DNA of 63,993 nucleotides, the filler included, from Diploschistes diacapsis (Eukaryota), in assembly GCA_023645945.1 (NCBI GenBank). It is 6 parts of 6 records of this genome, joined end to end, with 100 filler letters (N's around TTAATTAATTAA, not from the genome) between each part and the next. Parts side by side here need not be neighbours in the genome. Positions count along the whole stretch, not along the records: positions 32,505 to 43,216 come from JALAIB010000899.1; positions 43,317 to 54,024 come from JALAIB010000900.1; 4 more parts are not named here. One strand, given 5' to 3'. The notes under the pieces were generated by a model. The model made no database searches, was not told where the DNA came from, and worked only from the letters and a program-made list of their open reading frames with translations. Shown here one piece after another: positions 36,017 through 48,712 of the stretch (its first letter is position 1; every line of letters starts with the position of its first letter). The position numbers were made by a program, and so were the translations under genes.

Positions 36017-39000
36017 ATGCTCCCAAGCCGAGTTGGGCGTCGGCCGCTGCGACTGCACAGAATATCGCTACGAGACCTTGGCAAGTCTTTTGGAGTAAAT
36101 GCTCGCAGATATGCTACCATCACGGAGCTTAAGAGCTATCCCAAGCCAGGAGAGCAGCTTCATGGGTTTACGCTAGAGAGAGCAAAGCATGTTCCTGAGC
36201 TGCAACTAACAGCACTGCAGCTTCGCCATAACAAGACTGGTACTGAGTATCTTCACATCGCGCGTGACGACAAGAACAATGTCTTCTCAATCGGGTTCAA
36301 GACCAATCCCCCGAATGACACCGGAGTTCCTCACATCCTCGAGCACACCACTCTCTGTGGGAGTGAGAGATACCCGGTCCGCGATCCATTTTTTAAGATG
36401 CTGCCAAGGTCGCTCTCCAACTTCATGAATGCGCTGACTCACTCCGACTTTACCACATATCCTTTCGCAACGACGAACGGGACGGACTTCCGGAACTTGA
36501 TGTCAGTCTACCTTGATGCAACTTTGCATCCACTTCTCAAGGAGAATGACTTTACTCAAGAAGGATGGCGGATAGGACCAGAGAATCCAGAAACGCTCGC
36601 TCAAGGGGACTTTTCTGGTCCGGGAAGCAAATTAGTATTCAAGGGTGTGGTATACAATGAGATGAAAGGGCAGATGTCAGATGCTAGCTATCTATACTAC
36701 ATCAGGTACCAGGACCATATCTTCCCAAATATCCACAATTCTGGTGGGGACCCCCAGAAAATGACGGACTTAACTTATGAGGACCTCAAACGGTTCCATG
36801 CACAGAATTATCACCCAAGTAATGCGAGAATATTCACTTACGGCGATATGCCGCTTACGGACCATATAATTGAAATAAATCGGCAACTCCAGGTCTTCCA
36901 TAGAACCGGCGCTGATGAGGCAATAAAGTTACCAATAGCATTGGATGAGCCGCAAGAAGTAACTGTGGAAGGATCCTACGACCCATTGGTGGGCGAAGAT
37001 ATGCAACATAAAACTTCCACCTCTTGGATAATGGGCAATACCTCGGATGTCCTTGAGACTTTCTCAGTGGGTGTTATCTCCTCTTTGTTACTGGACGGGT
37101 ATGGATCACCTCTATACAGGGGATTGATCGAAGCGGGCCTAGGGCCTGATTGGAGTCCCAATACAGGCCTAGACACAGCTGGAAGAGTGGGAATATTTTG
37201 CGTTGGACTTACCGGCGTTAAAAAAGAGAACATTTCTAAAGTCAAACAAGCCACACAGGCTGTACTTCGTGAAGTCCATCAGAACGGGTTTGACAAGAAA
37301 AAAGTGGAAGGCCTCCTTCATCAGCTTGAGTTATCGCTGAAACACAAGACTGCAAACTTTGGTATGAGTCTCATGCAGAGGTTGCAGCCAGGTTGGTTCA
37401 ACGGAGTCGACCCCTTTGATGCACTGGAGTGGAACAAAACTGTTACGACATTCAAAGAGAAGCTCACTTCGGAAAGATACTTGGAGAAACTACTGGAGAA
37501 ATATTTCCTTAATGACCGGACATTTACTTTCACAATGGAGCCATCATCTACGTACGGGGAAGAGCTCGTCAAAGAAGAAGCTGATCGCTTGGCTTCCAAA
37601 ATCTCACAAGTCTCGCGGGAAGTGGGCGGAGAAGCCCAAGCTCAAGAGCAACTGGTTAAGCGCGAACTCAAGCTGGTCGAGGAGCAGAATAACGCCCGTG
37701 GCGCTGATTTGAGCTGCCTGCCAATGGTTCGTGTGGCGGATATACCCCGCGAGATGGAGAGAAAGCCCACAAGAGACTTCAAGCTAGGTGATACTAAAGT
37801 CCAATGGCGGGAAGCGAGCACGAACGGTTTAACCTATTTTCGAGCCATCAATACATTGGAAGGTTTACCGGATGACCTTAGGATGTTAATCCCTCTGTTT
37901 TCAGATTCCATCATGCGGATCGGGACAAAAGGGAAGACTATGGAACAGCTCGAAGACCTCATCAAACTTAAGACTGGCGGCGTTAAGGCGAGCTATTTCT
38001 CTACGGGCAGCCCCACAGACCTGGCCGCAGCTTCCGAGGGCATCTCACTCTCTGGATTTGCACTAGACGGTAATATACCGGTCATGTATGAGCTCCTACG
38101 TGAACTTATTCAAGAGACCAATTTCGACAGTCAAGAAGCAGAGAGTATGGTACGGCAACTCTTACAAGGAGATGCAAGCAACGCCTTGAACGCTGTTGCA
38201 AGTGCTGGTCATTCATATGCTCGACGACATGCCGAAGCTGATCTTTCTCCACAGGCCAGGCTTGTTGAACAAGTTAGCGGTCTTACTCAGATCCAGTATA
38301 TCATATCCCTAGCTTCGCGCGATCAGAGCCAAGAGTTCCAGGACATAATAGCTAAGCTAAAGCAAATCCAAAGCTTCGCCATCTCAAATTCCTCTTCCTT
38401 TCGCGCCGCCATCACCTGCGGTGCAGAATCCGTATCCACCAATGAAGCTGCGCTCCGAAACTTCATCTCCCAGTTCCCCTCCTCTTCACTTCTGTCATAC
38501 ACCCCACAACATTCGTCCTCGCTTCCGTTGGCTCATCAATCAAGAACCTTCTTCCCGCTCCCCTATCAAGTCTCCTATTCCGCCCTCTCCATTCCCACAG
38601 TTCCCTATACCCACCCTTCCTCCGCACAACTACAAATTCTCGCTCAGCTCCTGACACATAAGCATCTCCATCACGAGATCCGCGAAAAAGGCGGAGCCTA
38701 CGGCGGTGGCGCTTACGCCAAAGGCCTCTCGGGGGTGTTTGGTTTCTATAGCTACCGTGACCCAAATCCTCAGAACACTATGAAAATTGTGCTCGATGCG
38801 GGTCGGTGGGCAAGAGAAAGAGAGTGGAGCGAGCAGGATATTGAAGAGGCAAAGCTGAGTGTTTTTCAGGGGCTGGATGCGCCGGAAAGTGTGAGCCAGG
38901 AAGGGATGACGCGATTTTTGTCCGGCGTGGACGAAGACATGGAGCAGTTGATGAGGGAAAGGCTGTTGGATGTGAACAAGGAGCAAGTGAGAGATGTGGC

Positions 39001-39121
39001 GGATACATGGTTAGTGAAGGGGGTGGAAAGGGCGAGCATGACGATCTTAGGGGAGAAGAAAGAGTGGGTTAAAGAGAGCGAGGGGTGGACCGTGAAAGAG
39101 GTAAAGGGCATAGAAGCTTAG
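36017..39121 (+). CDS. CYM1: Mitochondrial presequence protease (pitrilysin M16C)
   Basis: 1034-aa ORF with Arg-rich presequence, HILEH inverted zincin motif, [18 protein letters not shown] and YSYRDP. Confidence 0.96.
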   Translation: MLPSRVGRRPLRLHRISLRDLGKSFGVNARRYATITELKSYPKPGEQLHGFTLERAKHVPELQLTALQLRHNKTGTEYLHIARDDKNNVFSIGFKTNPPNDTGVPHILEHTTLCGSERYPVRDPFFKMLPRSLSNFMNALTHSDFTTYPFATTNGTDFRNLMSVYLDATLHPLLKENDFTQEGWRIGPENPETLAQGDFSGPGSKLVFKGVVYNEMKGQMSDASYLYYIRYQDHIFPNIHNSGGDPQKMTDLTYEDLKRFHAQNYHPSNARIFTYGDMPLTDHIIEINRQLQVFHRTGADEAIKLPIALDEPQEVTVEGSYDPLVGEDMQHKTSTSWIMGNTSDVLETFSVGVISSLLLDGYGSPLYRGLIEAGLGPDWSPNTGLDTAGRVGIFCVGLTGVKKENISKVKQATQAVLREVHQNGFDKKKVEGLLHQLELSLKHKTANFGMSLMQRLQPGWFNGVDPFDALEWNKTVTTFKEKLTSERYLEKLLEKYFLNDRTFTFTMEPSSTYGEELVKEEADRLASKISQVSREVGGEAQAQEQLVKRELKLVEEQNNARGADLSCLPMVRVADIPREMERKPTRDFKLGDTKVQWREASTNGLTYFRAINTLEGLPDDLRMLIPLFSDSIMRIGTKGKTMEQLEDLIKLKTGGVKASYFSTGSPTDLAAASEGISLSGFALDGNIPVMYELLRELIQETNFDSQEAESMVRQLLQGDASNALNAVASAGHSYARRHAEADLSPQARLVEQVSGLTQIQYIISLASRDQSQEFQDIIAKLKQIQSFAISNSSSFRAAITCGAESVSTNEAALRNFISQFPSSSLLSYTPQHSSSLPLAHQSRTFFPLPYQVSYSALSIPTVPYTHPSSAQLQILAQLLTHKHLHHEIREKGGAYGGGAYAKGLSGVFGFYSYRDPNPQNTMKIVLDAGRWAREREWSEQDIEEAKLSVFQGLDAPESVSQEGMTRFLSGVDEDMEQLMRERLLDVNKEQVRDVADTWLVKGVERASMTILGEKKEWVKESEGWTVKEVKGIEA

Positions 39122-40239
39122 AAGTGTTGGATACACTGTGATATCTGTATAGTACTCTACTCTGTTAAGGGCTGCGCTTGTTTTTGGATCTCTAGCATAG
39201 CGGATGATTCGGTCTTGGGCCAAGAGCCGTCAAGGGACGGTGCATGGCCTCATGATTGCTGAGGGCCAACTGGACTTACCAGGCAGTCCCCATGTGCCTC
39301 TGGAATTGTGATATCGTTTACCTGCAATGAGTTCTATTACTGCCTACAATGGGACTTCCCTTTTGCGCTACTGAACAGTCACGTCTCCAACATCAACACC
39401 TCTACTGTTGGCAGATCACGAGCTTAGCGCTACAGCAAAAGACCAAGCGTATTCTTCCAGTCTCCAGAAGCCCTCGCTCTCCAGGCGCTTGCGGTTTCGC
39501 GGAACGGGCCATGTGTGCACCAGGAAGGGTCGGGTCTCCGTCTATCAGACCTGCTCTAGGAGAGTTGGTTCCGGAGCGGACTATCGACGTGAGGACATTG
39601 CCGATCTGATATCTCTATATATGGAGGTTCGGTATCTATTTTCGATGTACTTGATGTTTATGTATAAGTTGTATTGAGCCTGACAACCCGAACTTGGTTT
39701 CAAAGTATGGAACTCGAACACTCTGTACTGTCTAGTCTATTATAACTTTTGATGCCATCTTTTCGCAGCCTGCCAGAAGAGGAATAGAGGAGGAACATGG
39801 GCGCAACTGTATGACGCATACACACATACATGTGGGAAGAAAATACCCGGGGATTAGCTGCACAGTAGATCGTTTTCTGAACTAGATAGTAACATCGAGT
39901 GCCTATGGCAAGTGACTTGATTGTCGTCTTCATTGAAGAGAGAGAGTGTCCTACGGTAGAGTTTGTTAGTGCGCTGCATAGTCTGTGGTTTAAGTTTATC
40001 GCCACGGCCCGCTTGCTAGTCGTCTGAGCAATCAATCTCCGACACTTGACGCTCGAAGACGACTTCACATTCGTTGCAGCCAGTCATTTTTTGCCCACAG
40101 TCGTTGTACACACAGATACTTGATATAGCTAACTCTAGCATCTAATAACTAGTCGTTGACATTTTTCCATTGTGGGATTCATGAACGCTTCACCGCCCCA
40201 TCTTGTACGAAGTTCTACGCAAACTCAACCGGCCCGGCA

Positions 40240-41940
40240 ATGGCAACTTCAGCACCACAGCATGCACCCGCAGATGTGGTAGGGTCCGAGGACAACACAA
40301 AGCCCGATGACGACCGAAACAAACTTTCCTCAGCACCTGCACCTCCGAACTCCGCAGCAATGCAAGCTGGCACGACTGCGAAAGCCGCCAAAAAGGCGAA
40401 GGCAAGGAAAGGAGTGGATCCGAATGAGACTGGGAAGTTACTGGCGGCAAAGATCAATCAGTTGGAGCTTGATGCTGCTGGGGAGAAAGATCAGGAACAA
40501 GAAATAGGTATGCCCGATTTCGCCGTCACAGGCCTCTCATATGCCTGCTTCGCCAAGTATGATATCTCAGGGTTATTTGATGGAAGCCTTGGTGCTAGTT
40601 TCGGTAGCTTCCGGAAGTTGAATGCCATACTGACTGTCGTGCATCTTGAACAGAGAGAGAAGTTCGAAAAGCAACCCGCGATCTCAATAATCTCCTCGCT
40701 GGCATGGGTACCCCCCTGGAAAAGATGGAGGCACTGCAGAAGAAGAATCAGGATCTCTTCGCGGACATGAAAAGGCTTGAGAGAGATCATGCCAAGAGCA
40801 AAAAGCGCGCAGATCAGATGCAGAAGGAGCGGGACGCACAGAGGACGGAGCTGAGCAGAACGGTGGGAGTGAAGGACAAGCTTGAGAAACTTGCCAGAGA
40901 ATTTACCAAGGACAACAAGAAGCTCAAAGTGCGTTTCTGAACCCTCACGGAAACCAGGCAGCGTTAACGAGCTTTTGCCTACAGGACGATATCAGGCGCC
41001 TGGAAGAGACCGAAAAGCGGAGCCGCGAGAGCATGAGCGAGAAACACGAGGTTTTGCTTCTTGACCTAGAGCGCATCATCTCCAAGAAACATGGTGACGA
41101 AGCGGAGTTTGTGAGTATGAAGATCGAGGACCAGTGCGTGCTATCTGTCGTATAGCAAAGATAGAGATGCTGAGAGATCTCAGGTTCCGCCAGAAGTTCA
41201 AGACATTTTTCGACCAGTACAACCTCCGTGAGCTACACCTACTTTCGCTATTGCGAACAAAGGAGACGGAAATCCACCATTTGATTACACGCTTGGAGGC
41301 CCAGAAGAAGCTCGCAGAGAATGAAACCACCAGGTCCCGACAACTATCCGCTCAAGTTTCTACCTTTTCCCAAACTGAGACGGAGCTGAGGAGCCAATTA
41401 AATATCTACGTGGAGAAGTTCAAGCAGGTCGAAGACACGCTCAACAACTCCAACGACCTCTTCCTTACGTTTCGAAAGGAGATGGAAGATATGTCGAAGA
41501 AGACCAAGCGACTCGAAAAAGAGAACCTCAACCTCACCCGGAAGCAGGACCTTACCAATCGCAATATCCTGGAAATGGCCGAAGAGAGAACGAGGGTTAA
41601 TAAGGAAGTAGAATCCTTGCGCAAGAAGAACACCACCCTTGAGAGCGTTATCCGGCGCATGCAGGATCAGGGCCGAGGTGGAGGGATGGGCAACGAGGTC
41701 GAGGACGACGACGGTACGGAAAGCGAGTACGGCTCGGAAGAGGAGGACTATGACGACGAGGTAGGCAGTGAGGAGGTCGAATACGACGACGACACCGAAG
41801 AGGATGTGAATATGCAAGCTGGGCTAGCTTCGGCTCCTTACGGCACCGTTCCACCACCTCTTCCACCGGCCAACTCCAGCCTCCCCAATGGCCACTTTAA
41901 CGGCGACGCTCATGTTCATCAGAGAGCCGTTGAGCTCTAG
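40240..41940 (+). CDS. Taxilin-family coiled-coil protein, 4 exons
   Basis: KDKLEKLARE, YVEKFKQVEDTLNNSNDLFLTFRKEMEDMSKKTKRLEKEN and an acidic tail. Introns near 40508-40652, 40930-40984 and ~41111-41182. Confidence 0.88.
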
Positions 41941-42180
41941 GGTTGCATCGCTCTAGAGTCTTTGGGTACCTAGAGCTGCGAATTCAGCGTACATCCCAGC
42001 GAATGCCATTCGCTACCACCCTTAACAGGTTTACCATTGTCAATGTAGAGCGCGCTGCCCTCGTTTCGCTGCGTAACTCAGCGCGCACGGTATGAACAGT
42101 ACCATCCACCTTGTCACGCATACTTGTATACTACAATCCGGGATTAGTTCTCCCCTTCCGCTCCCGGCGCCACCTTTCAC

Positions 42181-43216
42181 CTAGAGTCTGCTCCTCTTGC
42201 CCATCTCCACCCATTCGTTTGCCGCCCTCAAGCATTCAACCGCCTCCGTCACCATGCCCTCCACGATCTCCCGCGCCGGCTTGATCTCGCCCACAACTGC
42301 GCTCACCTGGCCCATCAGGAACGGCATGTCCACCTCCCTCCCTTCCTCCATGTCCCTCTCCATGGGCACCAAGCCCTTCTCGCACAGCTCCTTCACCTCG
42401 TCCTCCCTCTTCTCCCACCCGGCAATGTACTCGTTCCTTCTCGCCCTCAGCGGCCGCCCGCTGACGACCAGCGTCCGCACCGTGTCCCCCCAGCCGGCCG
42501 TGACCACGGCCTCCTTGTGCATGCGGCTGCAGCCGGCCTCGTCGCTGGCGACGAAGCGGGTGCCGACCCAGACGCCGGCGGCGCCCATGCTCAGCATGCC
42601 GGCCAGGCCGCGGCCGTCGTAGATGCCGCCGGCGGCGACGACGAGGCCGCAGCTGCCGGGGCCGAGCCGGTCGCGCACCAGGCGCGGGCGGTAGGCGCGC
42701 GCGACGTCGACGACGGCGGGCACCAGGATGGCGGTGGGGATCTGGCCCGTGTGGCCGCCGCCCTCGGCGCCCTGCGCGCACACCACGTCGGCGCCGGCCT
42801 CGAACGCGCGGCGCGCGTGCGCCGGCGCGCCCACCATGTTCACCACCACCACGCCCGCCGCGTGCAGCCGCCGCACCGCCCACGCCGGCGGCACCCCGAT
42901 CGCGCTCACGAACACGCTCGCCCCCTCCGCCACGATCACCTCGATCAGCGCCCCCAGCTGGCCCCCCGTGTAGTCGTGGTTCGTCTTGCGCGCCGTCCCG
43001 CCCACCGCCGGCAGCGCCAGGTCCACCCCGAACGGCACCGGCGCCGGAAGGAGCGACTTCAGCTCGCGCATCATCGACCGCAGCTGCGCCGGCGTGTAGC
43101 CCAGCCCGCCGATCGTGCCGAGCCCGCCGGCGCGCGAGACCGCCGCGGCGAGGGGCGCGGTCGAGCAGTGCGCCTGTGGCTCGGTGAGCTGGGGTTACGA
43201 TTGGGGGGTGTGTGTG
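42181..43216 (-). CDS. Nitronate monooxygenase (2-nitropropane dioxygenase family), 5' truncated
   Basis: PFGVDLALP, AQGAEGGGHTG, VAAGGIYDGRGLA, GAAGVWVGTRF. The 5' end runs into the linker. Confidence 0.92.
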
Positions 43217-43316
43217 NNNNNNNNNNNNNNNNNNNNNNNNNNNNNNNNNNNNNNNNNNNNTTAATTAATTAANNNNNNNNNNNNNNNNNNNNNNNNNNNN
43301 NNNNNNNNNNNNNNNN
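43217..43316. other. Artificial contig linker
   Basis: 44N-TTAATTAATTAA-44N. Confidence 0.97.
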
Positions 43317-43610
43317 TGGAGGAGGTGTGGAAGTTTGGGGAGAGGGTTTTTGTTAGGAAGGAGGAGGAGGGGATGGTCAGGGCGAGGCTTTAGCATAGCG
43401 TTGTGATGAGTTTTATGAGAGTTTTTAGTATATAGTGGCTTTGTCCCTGCAGGAACGGAACGGATGAAGAAGGATGAACGATGAATGCTGCATGCACGCT
43501 AACCTTCCAAAAAAAAAAAAAAGAATCTCCTCCTGGATTCCAAGCCATAGTAACAGCCACCCAGCAAAAAAACGGCGCCGGCCATACGTCTCTGATCATC
43601 CCCGCTCAAG

Positions 43611-44087
43611 TTAGAAATAGTAAAAGTCGTCGTACATCTCCGCCTCCGCCTCGGGATCCGGATACGCATCCGCCAACCCGCGCCTCCAGCAAATGCTCCA
43701 CGCCCCTTGCGAACAAGCCATGCATATCATCCCCTGCTGTAGAACGTCAGGCCGTCGTCGAAGCCGTCGCCCAGCCCCCGGGCGCCAATGCTGGCCGCCA
43801 GATCGCTCTCGCCAGAGCTCTGCATGTGCTTGATGGAGATCCCCGAGCCGTCGGGGGGATGAAGCTTGATGGATATCCCCGCCCCGCCCTTGGTGGCTTT
43901 GGCTTTCTTGCCGCCCTTCCTGGCGCCAGCGTCGGGGGCTCCGCCTGGAGGGGCACCGGCGCCGTTCGGCTCCGCTGGATGGTCCGTCTGATGCGGGAGC
44001 ATCTCCCTCTTGGGGGGGGCGCCTGGCACTCTGGCGTCCGCTGCGGAGGAGGGCGAGGCAGGAGAGGAGGATAGTCGTTGAGTGCAT
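43611..44087 (-). pseudogene. Small secreted pro-peptide-like gene with three apparent +1 frameshifts
   Basis: Switching frames gives signal peptide MHSTTILLSCLAL-SAADA, a KR site, a Gly/Lys-rich core, repeated (L/F)xARG units and DAYPDPEAEAE. Confidence 0.5.
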
Positions 44088-45408
44088 TGTGGGACGTGTG
44101 CGGCTAGTGACGGGAAAGGGAATGTATTGAGAGGTCTTGATAGCGTGTGGGTTTGTTGCGTCTGTATGGACTAAACTGAGGTCCTGGAGGAGTGCAGACA
44201 GTGGTCTTATACGCTTTATGCATGCAAAGAACAGCTAGAAGCACACGCTTGCGGTCAACTTCTTTCGTCCCTTCCCAGCCGGCAACGCAACCAAGCTAGT
44301 AGCTGATTTGCTCGCAACGATAGATTGTTGCTCACAGCCTGGTCCTTGAGCTGCGCCATCCTCATACGCAAAAGAACACTATCTGTAGCAAAACATGGAG
44401 AAGGGATCGTTCTCTAACACATCTCAACCCATCCGGTGGACTGGTCACCGTGGGAAGGGCCTCTACGATATTTGAGACTGAGTCCCCGGTGAGCGACAAG
44501 CCTAGAATATCCTGAGAAGAGTCTACGATGAGAGGTAGATGAGCCGCTCCTTGACAGGAGGAGAGTTGTGAGGTTTCATATTTCGAAAAGCCTTCTCGGC
44601 ACCGAATCAATCTATTGCACACAACTTCCGATAGCTGTCGGAACCCTGCCTATGCATGACATAGTCCTCCAATATGATTAAGGATTAAAATGGTTGTGCG
44701 GGAGAAATTCATCCAGACTGGCGCGTGCGTCAAGCACATTGTGAGAGTGTGTAGTGTATAACAAGGGAGGAGTAGTCATGTCATTGATTGAAACGAGGCA
44801 TGTAGCATCTCCCTGTAAGGCTGACTTGGACCCACCAAAGCAAGTGCCCTAGTTACGTAAGCGATTTTATTTTCATTTTCATAAGTTAAGCAAAAATGGG
44901 CGATCATTAGACGTTATGGTTTCTTATCTTGTTGATGCCGGCGAAGACATCTTTTCAAGCGATATAACCCCACCATCAAGAACCTGAGGGTAGTTATTGA
45001 CATCTTCGCCTCAAACTTACGACTGCGATTGTCATTGAGATGACTATTTGATGAGCTTACTGAGGTGAGGGATTCAGTCCAAGCGGGCATTAGCGAGACG
45101 CACCGTTTGTGGATTGCTAACTTCCTATTGCGCTTCTGATTTCGTGGCCCAGCTTGATGAAGGTTCATATCTCATCAGTTCCTCTTTGCTGGATTTGGTA
45201 TTCCCATGTCTACTGAATCCGGAGATGAAAACTCTATAGTACACGCATTCGCGGAGCTGCAGGATTTCATTGACTTCATCATTCATATTGCCCACTTTAG
45301 TACTACCGATGTTCATCTACTAATACGCGAAAAGAGTTCCTTTTTCCAACAACTCAGTTGATTCTTAAGAAAGTGATACAGCACTGCCAACCCAGCCATT
45401 ACAATTAA

Positions 45409-46310
45409 TCAATCAGAAGACCAAGTCTCTTTCTCTTCTCGCAACCTCCTCTGAACCCACCGGACACTTGCGAAGCTAGATATTGCAGCACAAAGCCATG
45501 GCAATGTCCAGGCCAGGCCATATACGACCTGTCTAAGAGTCTCATAGCCTGGTCTTGACCCGACCGCAATTAGTATTATCAGAACGATACCCAGAGCGGA
45601 CGTCCAGAGTCCCCATGCCCAGCTCATCTCGCTCAGCAATCTTTGAAAAACAGGACTTCTTTGGTATCGCTGATCTATGGCACGACGATAGGCTTTTCCT
45701 CCGCCGCCATTGACTGCTACAATGTCTTCGACAATAGTGTAGACTGGAGGCCGGACTGAAGAGCCGGCGGGCATCGAGGATAAGCGTACCAGGGTCGGAT
45801 AGTGTGGAGCCATGGTGAACGCGGCGGAGCCGAGCAGGAGCTGAAGGCCGACGAAAGTCAAGAGAAAAGGAAGTGGGAGCGATAGCAGTGATTGGCTGGC
45901 CATGGTAGTCCCGAGCACAAAGAATAGGGTGATAAAAGGAAAGCAAGCAGTATAGTTGATGTGGAAGAAGTCCCACTATGGACGGTATCAGCACAGTTCG
46001 TGACCACATAAAAGTCTTGATTGAGAGGCTCACAGTCCACCGTCCCGAGTTTAGTGGTCGGTACTCGTCTGAAGGCTGCACCATACGCCACGTGCGCCGA
46101 CCAAGATCTAGGAAGGACCATGTCGTAGGGATGGTGATAATTGCGTAGACAATCTTTTTATTGAGGCTTGTGGAGAAATAAAGCGGGTAGAAAATGGCGG
46201 TCTGCACTAGATAATCGAATAAGAGCATGATTGAGAACGCAATGATGATCGCGCGCGCGCTTGTGCTCTCGAAGATTGTAAGGCAATGGCGGTGGTTCGA
46301 TGGGCTTCAT
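45409..46310 (-). pseudogene. Conserved fungal multi-pass membrane protein, frameshifted at a (CG)n run
   Basis: PPPLPYNLREHKR is out of frame with AIIIAFSIMLLFD at 46250-46260. Intron 45976-46033. WDFFHINY and IVEDIVAVNGGGGKAYRRAIDQRYQRSPVFQRLL motifs. Confidence 0.7.
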
Positions 46311-46450
46311 GTTGAGGGTTCGCGAGAGTGTGATTCGATTGCATAGTGTGTTCAAATTAGTTAAGTCTAACTGCCCAAGCCGTCGGGTTCAACAGCTTAT
46401 CTCCGTAATAAAACTACATAGAGTCTTGTTGTGTTTGCTCATTTGTTTAA

Positions 46451-47019
46451 GGCCCTGTTTGGTGGTCAGCGTAGAGCATGCGTAGAGCTTTTACGTAGCT
46501 TGTACGAGGTCACATGACACTTTACGCTTCCACCAAACGCTCCTTTTCGTAGAGCGCGTAGACGCTTTACGATCACCAAAATCTTTATAGAATGCTGTAA
46601 GAGCTCTCGAGCTCTCACAGCACTCTACGAATTAATTCAAAATGAACAGAAACCCTATCGCCGCTGTCTCCGCTATTTATTTCCCCCTCCCATCTGGCTA
46701 AAATGGACGATTTTTAATCCAGATATTACGAAAATAAGGGTAGGATAATCGTCGTTTTGCTCGCTGATGCTGCGCAACTATACGCAACTCAGTATTACAA
46801 TAAATACTACGCCTGCGAGGGGCATCGTAAAGATACCATCACGTATGCGCAGAGAAGGCTGGGAAGGCTGAAAGGCTCGGCCGAGGGTTAAACTACTAGG
46901 CCGAGGTTGGATTACTAGGCCGAGGATGGTAAGCGCCAGCGTGGTGGGGCTGGCTGCCAAACGCGCCACGTAGAGGCAGCTCTACCGTAGAGCAGCTCTA
47001 CGTGGCGCCAAACAGGGCC
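46451..47019. mobile_element. Non-autonomous PIF/Harbinger (Tourist-like) MITE, 569 bp
   Basis: Perfect 12-bp TIRs GGCCCTGTTTGG / CCAAACAGGGCC, TAA target duplication on both sides, subterminal GTAGAG/CTCTAC repeats. Confidence 0.85.
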
Positions 47020-47378
47020 TAAGCCTTTTGTTGAGCTAGAACTCTCGAAGCTTTCTGAGAGTCAGCGCCGTTGGTCTTCATTGATTAATGAGTCCCGGGA
47101 TGAATAGCTGTAGGGCAGCAGGGTGTATGTACGTAGTTGTAGCCTCGGAGGTATGTTGCTGAAAGTAGATGTGCTTCCGTATCCTATCAATAGTCAGATA
47201 GTATGCCAATCAGTTCATAAAGGCTTCACTTTCTCTAATGCGATATACGGATTTCTCTACAGCTTATGCATAGACTGTAGTAGTATCTGTACCTGTTGCA
47301 ATGCTTACCTAGACAACTACTGAACCAAGACTTCCTCTGCGTAGGTCTGAGTCCCAAGAGCCGCGGTTAGATACAGAA

Positions 47379-48452
47379 ATGTATGCGCGATAAGCGAAGT
47401 GGATATCCCATAATAATTCGAGAATTTGTAGGCATTTGGTCATTCGCGATACGCCGCAAGAGGCATCCCGCTTCGTGGCTAACCTCATCATCTCCCGCCT
47501 TCAAGCCTTCAAGCCTACGGTATCTCGACCAAACTTTGTCCTGGGCCTTCCTACAGGCTCCTCACCAGAGCTCATCTATGCATTCCTCGTCGCCGCATAC
47601 AAAGCCGGCGAGATCTCATTCCGCAATGTGGTGACTTTCAACATGGTCCGTCCTCGCTTCTCATGATCAAGAGCTGCCCATATCCCCCTATGCAAATGGA
47701 CGTTTTCGAGATAACGTTGCGATGCCTCTGGCATCTCCTTCGGTCTTCTCCTCTAGGACGCTGATACATGCACCTAGGACGAATACGTCTCCCTTCCCCA
47801 ATCCCACCCCCAATCCTACCACACCTTCATGCACACGCACTTCTTCCAGCACGTCGACATCCCCGCACAGAACGTGCACATACTTAACGGCATGGCTTCC
47901 GACCTCGCGGCCGAATGCGCCAACTACGAAGCCCTCATCGCCGCCCACGCCCCCATAGACCTCTTTCTCGGTGGCGTCGGGCCCTCGGGCCATATCGCCT
48001 TCAACGAGCCCTACTCCTCCCTGAGCTCCCGCACACGGCCCGTTGTCCTCGCATCCTCAACCATCGCCGCCAACGCACGCTTCTTCGGAAGCGACATCTC
48101 GCTCGTGCCGAAGCGGGCGTTGACCGTGGGTGTTGGGACGATTATGGATGCGAGGGAGGTGGTGATTGTGGCGAACGGGCGGGCCAAGGCGGATGCGGTG
48201 AGGGCGGGGGTAGAAGGTGCGGTTAGTGCGAGGTGGACGATTACGAAGTTGCAGGAGCATCCGCAGTGGTGGCTGTGTGCGGACAGGGAGGCGGCCGGGG
48301 GCTTGAGGGGGGAGACGGTTGAGGTAGGTTTTTCTGCGTCCTCTTGAGCGAAGAATGGTTAGCTTGGGGCTAATATATAACAGTACTCGAAGGTTGTCGA
48401 GGCGGAAGAGAGTAAAGACCCCACCGGAGTTTCGGTCAAGGCAATGCTTTGA
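47379..48452 (+). CDS. NAG1: Glucosamine-6-phosphate deaminase
   Basis: Start codon split AT|G by intron 47381-47431; further introns 47647-47777 and 48324-48383. Motifs FVLGLPTGSSP, TFNMDEY, GHIAFNEP and ALTVGVGTIMDAREV. Confidence 0.9.
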
Positions 48453-48627
48453 TGTTGTTTGACATGGTCTAATGCAAACGCCTATCTGACCCTTGACTCA
48501 CAAATAACTGGACTCGGATTTCTGATATTAGAGGTAATAAATATACTACATGTGTATTGGATGACACGAGTGCCTTGGATCAGACCCCAATATTGCAAGC
48601 AAGGTATTAGTTACATGCGCTATAGTA

Positions 48628-48712
48628 AATATTCAGTTATTCGAATATAGAAGGCAATATTCGTATTCGAATATGATTTTATATTCGAATAGAAGTGAAT
48701 AATATCAATATT
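48628..48712. repeat. Cluster of TATTCGAATA palindromic repeats, possible transposon subterminal relic
   Basis: Three TATTCGAATA copies plus partial copies in an AT-rich patch. Confidence 0.5.

Noticed and set aside
42197..43272. Long alternative-frame and antisense ORFs over the nitronate monooxygenase
   Set aside because: Expected from very high GC content and few stop codons.
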